Virus record (IMG/VR): IMGVR_UViG_3300047272_000250
Coordinates: 40,394-104,393 of that record
Reading direction: 5' to 3' (one strand)
DNA length: 64,000 nucleotides
From: a virus
Taxonomy: Duplodnaviria > Caudoviricetes
Below are positions 47,006 to 55,645 of this stretch, piece after piece. A program made the position numbers and the translations under genes. Under the pieces are notes generated by a model, which saw only the letters and a list, made by a program, of their open reading frames with translations, was not told the origin of the DNA and made no database searches. Every line of letters starts with the position of its first letter. Position 1 is the stretch's first letter.

Positions 47006-48019
47006 ATGGCTCACAACCTAGAAGAACAAAATGGTCAAGTTGCTTTTGCATTACGTGGAAAGCCTGCTTGGCACAATCTCGCTAACAAAATTTTCGGCGA
47101 CGAAGAAATTGTTACAACACAGTCAATGCTTTCAGAAGCAAAACTTTCTAATTGGAATGTCCGCTTAGAAGCAATGGCAGACCACACGCCTGAATCTTAT
47201 CGTGATTCATCTGGCGCTCAATTAGTTCTTCGCACAAATCCATTTGACAATGGCACTGACGTGCTTTCTGTTGTCGGTTCTCGATACAAGGTAGTGCAGA
47301 ATGAAGAATTGTTTGCGTTTGCAGATAACATTCTTGACGGCGACGAATCTTGCAAGTGGGAATCTGCGGGTTCTCTAAAGAAGGGCAAAGTTGTATTCGG
47401 CTCTCTTACAGTTCCCCGCACAATGGTTCTTGACCCACAAGGTGCTAACGATGAGACAAAACTCTATCTAATCGTTTGGACATCACACGATGGTTCTGTT
47501 GCTGTTCAGGCTGCGATTACACCTGTTCGTGTAGTTTGCCAAAACACCCTTAACCTTGCAATGCGTAATGCAAAGCAATCTTTCAAGATTCGCCACACAC
47601 AGACAGCAGAAGGCAAAATTGTTGCTGCTCGTGAGGCTCTTGGTTTGACTTTCGCTTATGCTGATGAGTTTGAGAAGGAAATGCAAGCCCTTTTCAATGC
47701 GAAGATTACTGACAAGAAGTTTTCGCAAATCATCAACACACTTTACCCAAAGCCTGAGAAGGATTCTAAGGGTTCTCTAAAGAAGTGGGAGAACAAGGTT
47801 GTTCTCATTGACGAGTTGTATCACAACTCACCAACTAACGCTAACATCAAGGGCACAGCGTGGGGTGCGCTTAACGCTATGACTGAGCGCCTTGATTACT
47901 ATCGCACAGCCCGCACAGGTAATGGCGAATCTCTTATGTCTTCTGCTTCTGGTTTTGACCCAGTAATTACAGCAGAAAAAAATAAGTTAGCAAAACAAAT
48001 CTTGGCTCTGGCTAAGTAA
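47006..48019 (+). CDS. DUF932-family protein
   Basis: MAHNLE..PAWH, YKVVQNEELF, SHDGS, TPVRVVCQNTL, GTAWGALNAMTE. Confidence 0.85.
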   Translation: MAHNLEEQNGQVAFALRGKPAWHNLANKIFGDEEIVTTQSMLSEAKLSNWNVRLEAMADHTPESYRDSSGAQLVLRTNPFDNGTDVLSVVGSRYKVVQNEELFAFADNILDGDESCKWESAGSLKKGKVVFGSLTVPRTMVLDPQGANDETKLYLIVWTSHDGSVAVQAAITPVRVVCQNTLNLAMRNAKQSFKIRHTQTAEGKIVAAREALGLTFAYADEFEKEMQALFNAKITDKKFSQIINTLYPKPEKDSKGSLKKWENKVVLIDELYHNSPTNANIKGTAWGALNAMTERLDYYRTARTGNGESLMSSASGFDPVITAEKNKLAKQILALAK

Positions 48020-48025
48020 TAGGAG

Positions 48026-48050
48026 AGGGGGGCGAAAGCCCCCCTTTTTT
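48026..48050 (+). terminator. Intrinsic terminator
   Basis: AGGGGGGC-GAAA-GCCCCCCT-TTTTT. Confidence 0.85.
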
Positions 48051-48100
48051 ATTTGATCATTTTTTGATTTGACAAATCCAGCTTGATCGGGATGGGTCGC

Positions 48101-48116
48101 TGTGATTTTTCTCACA
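48101..48116. promoter_or_regulatory. CRP-family site
   Basis: TGTGA-TTTTTC-TCACA. Confidence 0.7.
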
Positions 48117-48153
48117 TTAAGTACGATAAGAAAAATCCCCCAGGATTTGTGGA

Positions 48154-48175
48154 TGTCAGTCGTTTTTGCTATAGT
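48154..48175 (+). promoter_or_regulatory. RecA-NDp/PafBC-type promoter 11 (leaderless whiB)
   Basis: TGTCAG-TCGTTTTTGC-TATAGT-N6-ATG. Confidence 0.8.
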
Positions 48176-48181
48176 TAATGT

Positions 48182-48397
48182 ATGACAGAAGAAAACCATT
48201 GGCAGTTTAAAGTAGCATGTGCTCCACAGGATTTTGATTTATTCTTTAGCAACGCAAAAGGTAAGCGGGCTCAGGCATTAGCCATATGTGGTAAATGCCC
48301 AGTCTCAAATGAATGTTTAAACCATGCGATAGAGAATAATGTAGAGCACGGGATATTCGGAGGAAAGACACCTGAACAGAGAAGGAAGATGAAATGA
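48182..48397 (+). CDS. whiB: WhiB-family transcription factor
   Basis: W...AC...FF...ICGKCPV..EC..A...GIFGG.T..QR. Confidence 0.92.
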   Translation: MTEENHWQFKVACAPQDFDLFFSNAKGKRAQALAICGKCPVSNECLNHAIENNVEHGIFGGKTPEQRRKMK

Positions 48398-48714
48398 ATA
48401 CCATTAATGAATTAATTAATGAAATCTATGAAGACAATTACTCACATCTAGAGTTTGAAGAGAATATGGGTGGGCTAGATTGTGATTGTAATATCCATAT
48501 GGTGCTGAATACTATTGCTACATACGCAGGAATCGAGGTTGGATAATGCTAGGTTATACTAAAGAGGATTTAGATCAAATGGCTAACTCTATTCATGACG
48601 CCAAGTTGTTCTATATACTAAATTCAGATGTCATTAAGGTTGATGAGGACCCTATTGTTGATGGCTTACTGAAAGCCCACGACTTTTTACAGGGACTATG
48701 GGCGGAGGGATATT

Positions 48715-48948
48715 TTGACTAAATCATCTCATTTCATAGAATATATGAAGTTACATGAGATTAGTCTATTACAAGATGCTGAAAAGCTTCAAGACCTTAT
48801 GAGTAATTATGAATATAACTACGATTCAGATGAATATAGAGAGTTAGAGATTGCTGATTATCATAATACTGGAGAACTAATTGCAACCCGCCACCTTTTG
48901 TCAGTGGCAACTGATATAATGAATTCCTCTAACGAAAGGTATGAATAA
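48715..48948 (+). CDS. Hypothetical early protein
   Basis: TTG start with GGAGG RBS; coupled to the next gene. Confidence 0.65.
   Translation: MTKSSHFIEYMKLHEISLLQDAEKLQDLMSNYEYNYDSDEYRELEIADYHNTGELIATRHLLSVATDIMNSSNERYE
48899..48920 (+). promoter_or_regulatory. RecA-NDp/PafBC-type promoter 12 (inside a CDS)
   Basis: TGTCAG-TGGCAACTGA-TATAAT. Confidence 0.78.
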
Positions 48949-49211
48949 TGGAAACTACTACTCTCCCGCCTCATCTGCAGCGAATGGTCAATGCAGGTGT
49001 CTCAGGACTAGACATCATGCATGGAGAACTAAAGAATCTAATGCTCATTGCTGAGCGGGACCTAGATATGGCTATCAAGGCTGAGGAAGAATCAGAAGAG
49101 GCTATGGATTCTATGGAACGCACACGTTGTGAGGGGGTTGTAGATACTCTCGTAGACCTGTACAATTTAACTTACCAACTATCATTTGCTATAGGAGATA
49201 AGAATGCTTGA
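48948..49211 (+). CDS. Hypothetical early protein
   Basis: GAAAGG RBS. Confidence 0.72.
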   Translation: METTTLPPHLQRMVNAGVSGLDIMHGELKNLMLIAERDLDMAIKAEEESEEAMDSMERTRCEGVVDTLVDLYNLTYQLSFAIGDKNA

Positions 49212-49524
49212 AGCAGAACGTCAGTCTCGTGTCCATAATACTCTTAAGGATATGTATAAACAACTAACCGAACTAGAGGTCTTCCCTTCTTTAGTTTGGA
49301 CTTGGACCTATGACATTATCAGGTCCTTTGAAAACGACTCTGATTACAAATTCTTGATGACAGAAGAACAGTGGTTTGATTTACTCTGGAACAACGTTGA
49401 TAAAGCAAACTTCTCATTAACTTACGGGGACGAGCAAATATATGAAGACATTCGTGATTGGTTGCTTGATAATGATGTTATGGTGGATGTGTTGGCAGGT
49501 GAAGAAGATTCGGGAGATGAATAA
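49204..49524 (+). CDS. Acidic hypothetical protein
   Basis: AGGAG RBS. Confidence 0.7.
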   Translation: MLEAERQSRVHNTLKDMYKQLTELEVFPSLVWTWTYDIIRSFENDSDYKFLMTEEQWFDLLWNNVDKANFSLTYGDEQIYEDIRDWLLDNDVMVDVLAGEEDSGDE

Positions 49525-49778
49525 TGAATAACTGTGATCAATGCTTCTATGGCACTTACACTTACTATAATGGTATGGATGAGAAACAAGAAATAGATTG
49601 TCCCTTCTGTGCTACCCGTGTTCCTAGTAATTGGAGACGTATGACAGAAGATCAAAAATCAACTTGGTTGAAATTAATTCCCAATCCAGATAAATAGCTG
49701 GTGCGGTTCCAGTCGCTGTCAATTTGTCGACATTAAGTACGATTTGTAAAATCCCCCAGAATCCTGTAGTATTAAGAC

Positions 49779-49970
49779 ATGACTGAAACTACCATGGAAT
49801 ATGTATTAAAAGTTGAAGATAGATGTGACAAGTGTCAGGCTCAGGCATTATACTTATGTAAGGGTGTATCTGGAGAGCTGATGTTTTGCCGCCACCACTT
49901 TAATGAAAACCAGGAATCACTAACCAATTGGGCTTACGAGATCGTAGACGAGTCCCAAAAAATATCCTAA
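49779..49970 (+). CDS. Small zinc-finger protein (leaderless)
   Basis: DRCDKCQAQA...GELMFCRHH; TTGTAA-N17-TAGTAT-N6-ATG. Confidence 0.75.
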   Translation: MTETTMEYVLKVEDRCDKCQAQALYLCKGVSGELMFCRHHFNENQESLTNWAYEIVDESQKIS

Positions 49971-50052
49971 ATAATTCCTATTTGGAATTGACAAATGCCC
50001 TGAGAATCAGGGATAATTAATATATCGGAAAACATATGGTGGGAGGTGTAAT

Positions 50053-50175
50053 ATGACAAAGCGTGAATATCTAGTATCTCTTGGACAAACTGTTGGTAAG
50101 CGAGGACGTTTCTCTAAGGAGCAAGTAGAACTTCTGAAGCAAGCAGAAGCCAAAGGTCAATCCTTTACAAAGTAA
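50053..50175 (+). CDS. Mini Lsr2-like protein (DNA-binding domain only, 40 aa)
   Basis: MTKREYLVSLGQTVGKRGRFSKEQVELL; GGAGG RBS; hairpin downstream. Confidence 0.7.
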   Translation: MTKREYLVSLGQTVGKRGRFSKEQVELLKQAEAKGQSFTK

Positions 50176-50241
50176 TTAAAAGGGAGGGGAGTTAAATCCC
50201 CTCCCACTAAATCCCTATAAGCACTCACAGAAGGAAGAACA

Positions 50242-51009
50242 ATGCCAAATTGGGTATACAACACATTAACAATTCAAGGTCCTAAGTCTGAGATTGATGC
50301 AATCAAAGATAGATTAAATAAGCCTTTTACACTGGCTCAAGAAACATACGGAATGGGTGACATTAGTTCATCAGGATTCCCGACCAAACTTACACAGGTT
50401 AGTTATTCTAATCCTGTCTTTGCATTCTTCAACATCCACTCATATAAGGATGAAGGTATTACTGACGAAGAGTATGCCTGTCAGCCAAAGCGTGATGGTG
50501 TAGATATGAAGGACCCTAATTGGTTTGCTAAGTCTGTTGAGTTTGCTAAAACTCAGAAGGATTGGTATTCATGGAATAATTCTAATTGGGGCACTAAATG
50601 GGATGTAGCAGTTCGTGATGAGGACGAGTATCCCAATACAGAACTAATTGAACATAAGTCAGAGGGCGAAGACCAATGGCTTGTCTACAAGTATGAAACT
50701 GCTTGGTCACCTGCCGTAACAATCTTAACTAAACTATCTAACTTAGTTCCTAACTCCGTGCTCACATTAGAGTATGAGGAGGAAACAGGTTGGGGAGGCG
50801 AGTATGAGATTATCCGTGGTGAAGTCAGAGAACTCATGGAGTATGAGAATCGTTGCTATGCCTGCCAATCTTTTGACTGTGTAGAGTATTGCGAGAACGA
50901 CTGTGGTGAGTTCTGCTCTAACTGTAATCAGGGCTCATGGCAGGACGAAAGTGCTATGGCAGAATGCGAAGAGCACAAGGTCTTACTCAAAGAGGAGGTG
51001 GAGGCATGA
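50242..51009 (+). CDS. DUF1281/YubB-like ferredoxin-fold protein with C-terminal Cys cluster
   Basis: MPNWVYN, DWYSWNNSNWGTKWD, YETAWSP. Confidence 0.72.
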   Translation: MPNWVYNTLTIQGPKSEIDAIKDRLNKPFTLAQETYGMGDISSSGFPTKLTQVSYSNPVFAFFNIHSYKDEGITDEEYACQPKRDGVDMKDPNWFAKSVEFAKTQKDWYSWNNSNWGTKWDVAVRDEDEYPNTELIEHKSEGEDQWLVYKYETAWSPAVTILTKLSNLVPNSVLTLEYEEETGWGGEYEIIRGEVRELMEYENRCYACQSFDCVEYCENDCGEFCSNCNQGSWQDESAMAECEEHKVLLKEEVEA

Positions 51010-51665
51010 AAAACAAATCATGGACAAAGTACACCTTTGCCTGTGATCCTGAAGAATGTGATACTTTAATTGAAGTAACATGTGATGACTATGGATTCCC
51101 ACTAGGTGTGATGCAAATCACATGTCCGTGTGGGCGCAAGCTTGACATCTTGTCAGTGGCCAATGCTACAATTGAATCAACTACTACAGAAGGAAACCAT
51201 ATGGAAACAACATCAACAATCGGCTCAGATGCATTGCACTCACCTGCAGTGGAGTACAACCCTAATCAATTAGTTACATATAAGGTCCTAAGTGGATACT
51301 CAGACCCTGAGTATAAAACGGACAAGGTAACATCCCTGGAATGGGACCTGCACAACGGACGTCAGTCACAAAAGCGTGTGGGCCTACTAGAATCAAACAT
51401 TAATTCAGTTAAAGAAATCATTACTGAATCATATGCTGAGTCAGAAGACCAAGAAACTTTGCGTTCAATCGCAGAGGCTTTGGGCATTGAACTAACCCGT
51501 ACAATCGAATGGAGCGCTACAATTGAGGTTAGCGGTACCATGGAAGTAGACCTCCTAGAGGACGTCGACATCGAGCAGGAAATCTATGACAATCTTTACG
51601 TAGATTCTCAGAATGGCAATATCGAAATCGGGGACACCGAAGTTTGTAACGCACACGAGTGCTAA
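51006..51665 (+). CDS. Hypothetical protein, with probable internal in-frame start at 51201
   Basis: GGAGG RBS before 51006; promoter 13 and GAAGGA RBS before 51201. Confidence 0.65.
   Translation: MKNKSWTKYTFACDPEECDTLIEVTCDDYGFPLGVMQITCPCGRKLDILSVANATIESTTTEGNHMETTSTIGSDALHSPAVEYNPNQLVTYKVLSGYSDPEYKTDKVTSLEWDLHNGRQSQKRVGLLESNINSVKEIITESYAESEDQETLRSIAEALGIELTRTIEWSATIEVSGTMEVDLLEDVDIEQEIYDNLYVDSQNGNIEIGDTEVCNAHEC
51151..51172 (+). promoter_or_regulatory. RecA-NDp/PafBC-type promoter 13 (inside a CDS)
   Basis: TGTCAG-TGGCCAATGC-TACAAT. Confidence 0.78.
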
Positions 51666-51738
51666 TCTAACATAGGGAGAGGTGGGGGGTTCTTGCCAGC
51701 CCCCCACCCAATATGATATTATCAAATAGACGAAAGGT

Positions 51739-52044
51739 GTGTGTATGGCTATCGGAGATAAGGATATTGACGAAAGCAAGTTAGCAGGACTAATCGAAGA
51801 TAGTCTTTCAGATGTGCGTTTTGACAAGATGAACTTTGCTTGGCATATGGGAAATAAATCTCCTCGTATCCAAAGAGAGTTTTGGGAATTGACTTATGCG
51901 TTTATTCAGGAAATGGCAGATTACTACAAGCGAGGCTTGGTAGATACTAAGCACTTAGCCGTAGCCCAAATGTGCTATGAAGTCAAGACCTTTATGGAAG
52001 GCGACTATGACAAAGACCAACTAGCCCTTGATTTAGGGCTCTAG
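51739..52044 (+). CDS. Hypothetical protein
   Basis: GAAAGG RBS; true start probably the ATG at 51745. Confidence 0.7.
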   Translation: MCMAIGDKDIDESKLAGLIEDSLSDVRFDKMNFAWHMGNKSPRIQREFWELTYAFIQEMADYYKRGLVDTKHLAVAQMCYEVKTFMEGDYDKDQLALDLGL

Positions 52045-52070
52045 GCAGCTCAGGTGATCGAGTTGACGGG

Positions 52071-52092
52071 TGTCAGTGGGACAGGCTATACT
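52071..52092 (+). promoter_or_regulatory. RecA-NDp/PafBC-type promoter 14 (leaderless gene)
   Basis: TGTCAG-TGGGACAGGC-TATACT-N6-ATG. Confidence 0.8.
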
Positions 52093-52098
52093 TAATAT

Positions 52099-52317
52099 AT
52101 GGAAATCTACGAAGAATACCCAGAAGGCGCTAGTGGAGAACGTTGGTCTGACCTATGTGAATACATAGAGGCAGTAACCAAAGAAGGCTCTACTATAAAA
52201 GAAATCATTGCTGAGAACCTACCTGAAATGCAGGGCAAGGACTACTCTCAACCTTTATCGTTTGATAACGACGAAGTTTGGGCTATACTAAAATGGTTAA
52301 ATAGAGACGGAGAATAG
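52099..52317 (+). CDS. Hypothetical protein (leaderless)
   Basis: ATG 6 nt after the -10. Confidence 0.7.
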   Translation: MEIYEEYPEGASGERWSDLCEYIEAVTKEGSTIKEIIAENLPEMQGKDYSQPLSFDNDEVWAILKWLNRDGE

Positions 52318-52318
52318 T

Positions 52319-52669
52319 GTGGGAGCAAGAACTAATTTCGTAATTAAGACAACCGAGAATGAGAATGAGAACATAGTTCTTTATTCACATTGGGGTGGGG
52401 ATAGCGGCGTACAGGATTTTGCGTGGGCTATTCAAAAGGCAATGCCACGTTATGGTGATACATCATACTTCACACGTATCTTAGTTTCATCATTGATTAA
52501 CGACCAATGGGATTCAGAAACGGGATTCGGTTTATATGTTGGACCCGTTACTCACGAAGAATCATACGAGTATAAAGAAATAGATTTAGTTAATGGTACT
52601 GTAACAATTGGCGACCATACTACATCAATCAAAGCATTCCTTGAATATCATCAAGGAGCTAGTGTCTAA
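52319..52669 (+). CDS. Conserved phage hypothetical protein
   Basis: MGARTNF...LYSHWGG; last gene of the island. Confidence 0.7.
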   Translation: MGARTNFVIKTTENENENIVLYSHWGGDSGVQDFAWAIQKAMPRYGDTSYFTRILVSSLINDQWDSETGFGLYVGPVTHEESYEYKEIDLVNGTVTIGDHTTSIKAFLEYHQGASV

Positions 52670-52914
52670 TTAAATAGACAACCCTTATCCCTGGACCTTC
52701 TGCCAGGGATAGGCGGGGTGAATCGCAAATAAAAATTACCCATTACGACGATGATCATAAATTCCCAGAATTTCCTTGACATTCATTATAGCTATAGGTA
52801 TAATCCATAGATCTATGTCGCAATATATCTAATTAGACATTACGACGAATGCAATAAATTCCCAGAATTTCTGGATAATTGCATAATGTCTACAAGGTTA
52901 TGTAGACTTATATA

Positions 52915-53058
52915 TTATCCTTTCTTCTGTGTTCTATTAACTCTCTTTACAGGAATAGACTTCTTATTCTTTCCCGCCTTCTGATCTCTTTTAAATTTAC
53001 TATTCTGAGCTGGCCCACGGCCAGCGGCGGAATCAGAAGTAACTACATTATTACTCAT
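52915..53058 (-). CDS. Small basic protein (47 aa)
   Basis: GGAGG RBS; MSNNVVTSDSAAGRGPAQNSKFKRDQKAGKNKK... Confidence 0.55.
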   Translation of the reverse strand: MSNNVVTSDSAAGRGPAQNSKFKRDQKAGKNKKSIPVKRVNRTQKKG

Positions 53059-53221
53059 ATATAAACCTCCCTATATACATAGTATATAACACTTGTAGAA
53101 ATATATCCATATTTTGTACATATTTAGATCAATATTAATATAAATATACATTATTATGATAGATTTATCTAACTTTATGATCAATTTTGTACCAATTTTG
53201 CCCTATTTTTATAGGGTTTTA

Positions 53222-53260
53222 TAGCCAAATATATCTCATATATTGAGATATATTTGGCTA
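53222..53260. repeat. Perfect 17-bp inverted repeat
   Basis: TAGCCAAATATATCTCA-TATAT-TGAGATATATTTGGCTA. Confidence 0.9.
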
Positions 53261-53996
53261 ATTATTGACAAGATCGATATGTCCATTATGTCCGATATGA
53301 GATATATCATCATATGAGATTATATGGAAAAGTATTGACATTACGATCCCTTTATGATAGGCGTTCAAATACCCATATATAATAACTATATACAACTAAT
53401 ACTGAATATATCATAATGTGCCCTGTATATGGGAATATTCACCACTTTACTCCACTATACTCCACATAGCCTAAAAAGCCTTACAAGGCTGATACAAGGC
53501 AGAAAAGGGAGGGGATAAGGAACTTTCCCTTGAAGCTATATCCTTGGCCTTAAAAGGCCTTATTGATAGCCGTAAGCTAAATCCTCTATATGATCAATAA
53601 AGGCATTACGTCTTATAATTAATATATATGTTATATGTAGTATATCTACTCTATAGATAAGGGCTATCTTCGATCTTCCCGCCCGAAATTTAAATTTATG
53701 TCTCGTATTCAGATCGAGCTTACGAATTGTTATTCGGCGATATCCGTATTTCATTGAGTGCACCATATTGAGTAGTCGCTCATAGTCTGGTGATTATCCC
53801 AGTAATCGATATTATTTTTAGATATCCCGCATTTTTGGCAAGTTTCCCATGTGTCATGGATTGGGGTCTCACTTTTCGGCTTCACTTAGTCGCTCCTTAT
53901 AAGGTGTTATAGGGTATATATTTAATTGATCTTAAGGTGTTATAAGACCTTATTCCCATTCTATATTATTAATAGATAGCCAGTCAAGATAATAAA

Positions 53997-54188
53997 CTAC
54001 CATTCTATTTCCTTAATAATTGCTAGAATAGTTGGACATGGAAATCCATGCTGACATGCAGCACAGCTATTATTGGTAAAGGAGCTCTCTGTAGAAGGCT
54101 TATGAAGCTTTACTACAGCCTTAAGAGCAAAGTGTGTAGTTGTATCTCCTAGGGTATTAATCTTATCTAGTAATTGATCATATGTCAT
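53997..54188 (-). CDS. Small Cys-containing hypothetical protein
   Basis: AVVKLHKP...CAAC...FPCPTI. Confidence 0.65.
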   Translation of the reverse strand: MTYDQLLDKINTLGDTTTHFALKAVVKLHKPSTESSFTNNSCAACQHGFPCPTILAIIKEIEW

Positions 54189-54494
54189 TTCAGGTGCCTT
54201 TCAATAATCTTAAATGTCTCTATCTTGTTATACTTTTCATCAGTAAAATCCCAGTCATTGGGTCTAGTATATTCAACTACTGCAATAAGGGCTTTAAGCA
54301 ATGGTTCTGGCTCCATCCAATTCCAGTGTCCAATCTTATCTATCATCTCATCGTGTGTCACCACTCAGCTCCAATCCAAAATGGACCCAAGTCAATACTC
54401 ATAGTCCATCGATCTATATGAAATCCAATTCCAAATGCCGTAAATCTACATCCAAACAATATAGTAAATTTACTATTGCTGTATTGCTTAACCA

Positions 54495-54701
54495 TTAGTA
54501 GCCTCCTAGGCATTCGTTCCTAGTATGATAAAGTCTAATCTTATTCATGGTCTTCTTATTAGGAGCATATAGTTCTTCTCCACAGCATGGTGCTTTTAGA
54601 TACCATTCCTTAGCAAAGAAGTCATATTTAAACCCGCTCTGATTCTTATACTTCTCCGCCACAAATTCAGCAAATGGATCAGGTATCTCTAGGTTAATCA
54701 T
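54495..54701 (-). CDS. Hypothetical protein
   Basis: Co-oriented ORF; CCGEELYAP, HTRNEC. Confidence 0.6.
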   Translation of the reverse strand: MINLEIPDPFAEFVAEKYKNQSGFKYDFFAKEWYLKAPCCGEELYAPNKKTMNKIRLYHTRNECLGGY

Positions 54702-55003
54702 TCTGAGCCTTCCATGCCTGAGCTAATAGGGCTTTGGCTAGCTTACTGTATTGTCTCATCTGATAATGATCCGCATCCTTGGCTTTATTCTTCCTGCGCT
54801 TCATCTGCTTACTGTGTCTTTTTTGGCTCATCTTTTTCCCATGTTAGTTTGCCGTCTTTATATACTGGCCAATATCCTAATGACCGCCAGTCCATACGCA
54901 TTATCTTTGGCTCGCTCATTTATGTTCCTTCATATGTCTAGCAAGGCTATCGTGTCCGAATATGCCCCATCGAAGGTCCCACTCTTTACCGCAAGTTGGG
55001 CAT

Positions 55004-55492
55004 TTAATTAATCTGCTCATCTTCTCGCTCCATGTCCATACGTATATCATCAATCTCAAATAATGAGATTTGACTAGAAGGATCTATATTCCCACCTATA
55101 TATCTTATCTCATTGATGAGCTTGAAGTCAATAGCTGTCTGAAGCATTTGCTCTGAATATGAGCCTGGCTCTGGTTCTGCTGAGAAATAAACTACATAAT
55201 AAATATCTGGATATCTACATTTAATTAAGGCAGCATTTGCTATAGCCTTCTTTACGTTATCTGTTCTTTTAGCTCCTGGACGTTTTCCATTCCCGTCCTT
55301 ACCGCCCTTAGCTTCCACATATTCCATGCTATCAGCTACAAAGTCGACTTCGCATCCCGTCCCTGGCATGAGGACATTCTCTGCGATCATGCGGAAGCCA
55401 CGATTTCTTAAATCGTACTTTACGATAGACTCGAAAATATCGCCTGATCTTTTGGACTCACCCTGGAATGTCATTACCTGATGCCTTATCAA
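55004..55492 (-). CDS. PD-(D/E)xK family nuclease
   Basis: GDIFE...EVDFV...YVEAKG. Confidence 0.65.
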   Translation of the reverse strand: MIRHQVMTFQGESKRSGDIFESIVKYDLRNRGFRMIAENVLMPGTGCEVDFVADSMEYVEAKGGKDGNGKRPGAKRTDNVKKAIANAALIKCRYPDIYYVVYFSAEPEPGSYSEQMLQTAIDFKLINEIRYIGGNIDPSSQISLFEIDDIRMDMEREDEQIN

Positions 55493-55645
55493 TACTATTT
55501 AATGTATCTTTATCTTGTGTTTGATTATCTAAGATTCGGTATAAATTGGCACAGGTTTTACATCCATAAAAGCTTACGCCTTTCTGAGTAATTAATTGGA
55601 GATCTTTAGACTCTGTAGGAGTCTTACAATGAGCACATATAGCCT

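Noticed and set aside
41531-48116. Rex operators instead of CRP boxes
   Set aside because: Rex prefers TTGTGAA-N4-TTCACAA, and the TTTTTC spacers do not fit. CRP is preferred, though untested.
51681-51717. A fifteenth PafBC-type promoter (TGCCAG...TATGAT)
   Set aside because: The spacer is 12 nt rather than 10, and the word lies in a GC hairpin that is better read as a terminator.
40200-52100. CRISPR array formed by the recurring words in the island
   Set aside because: The words are short, reordered and separated by genes. There is no constant repeat-spacer period and no cas gene.
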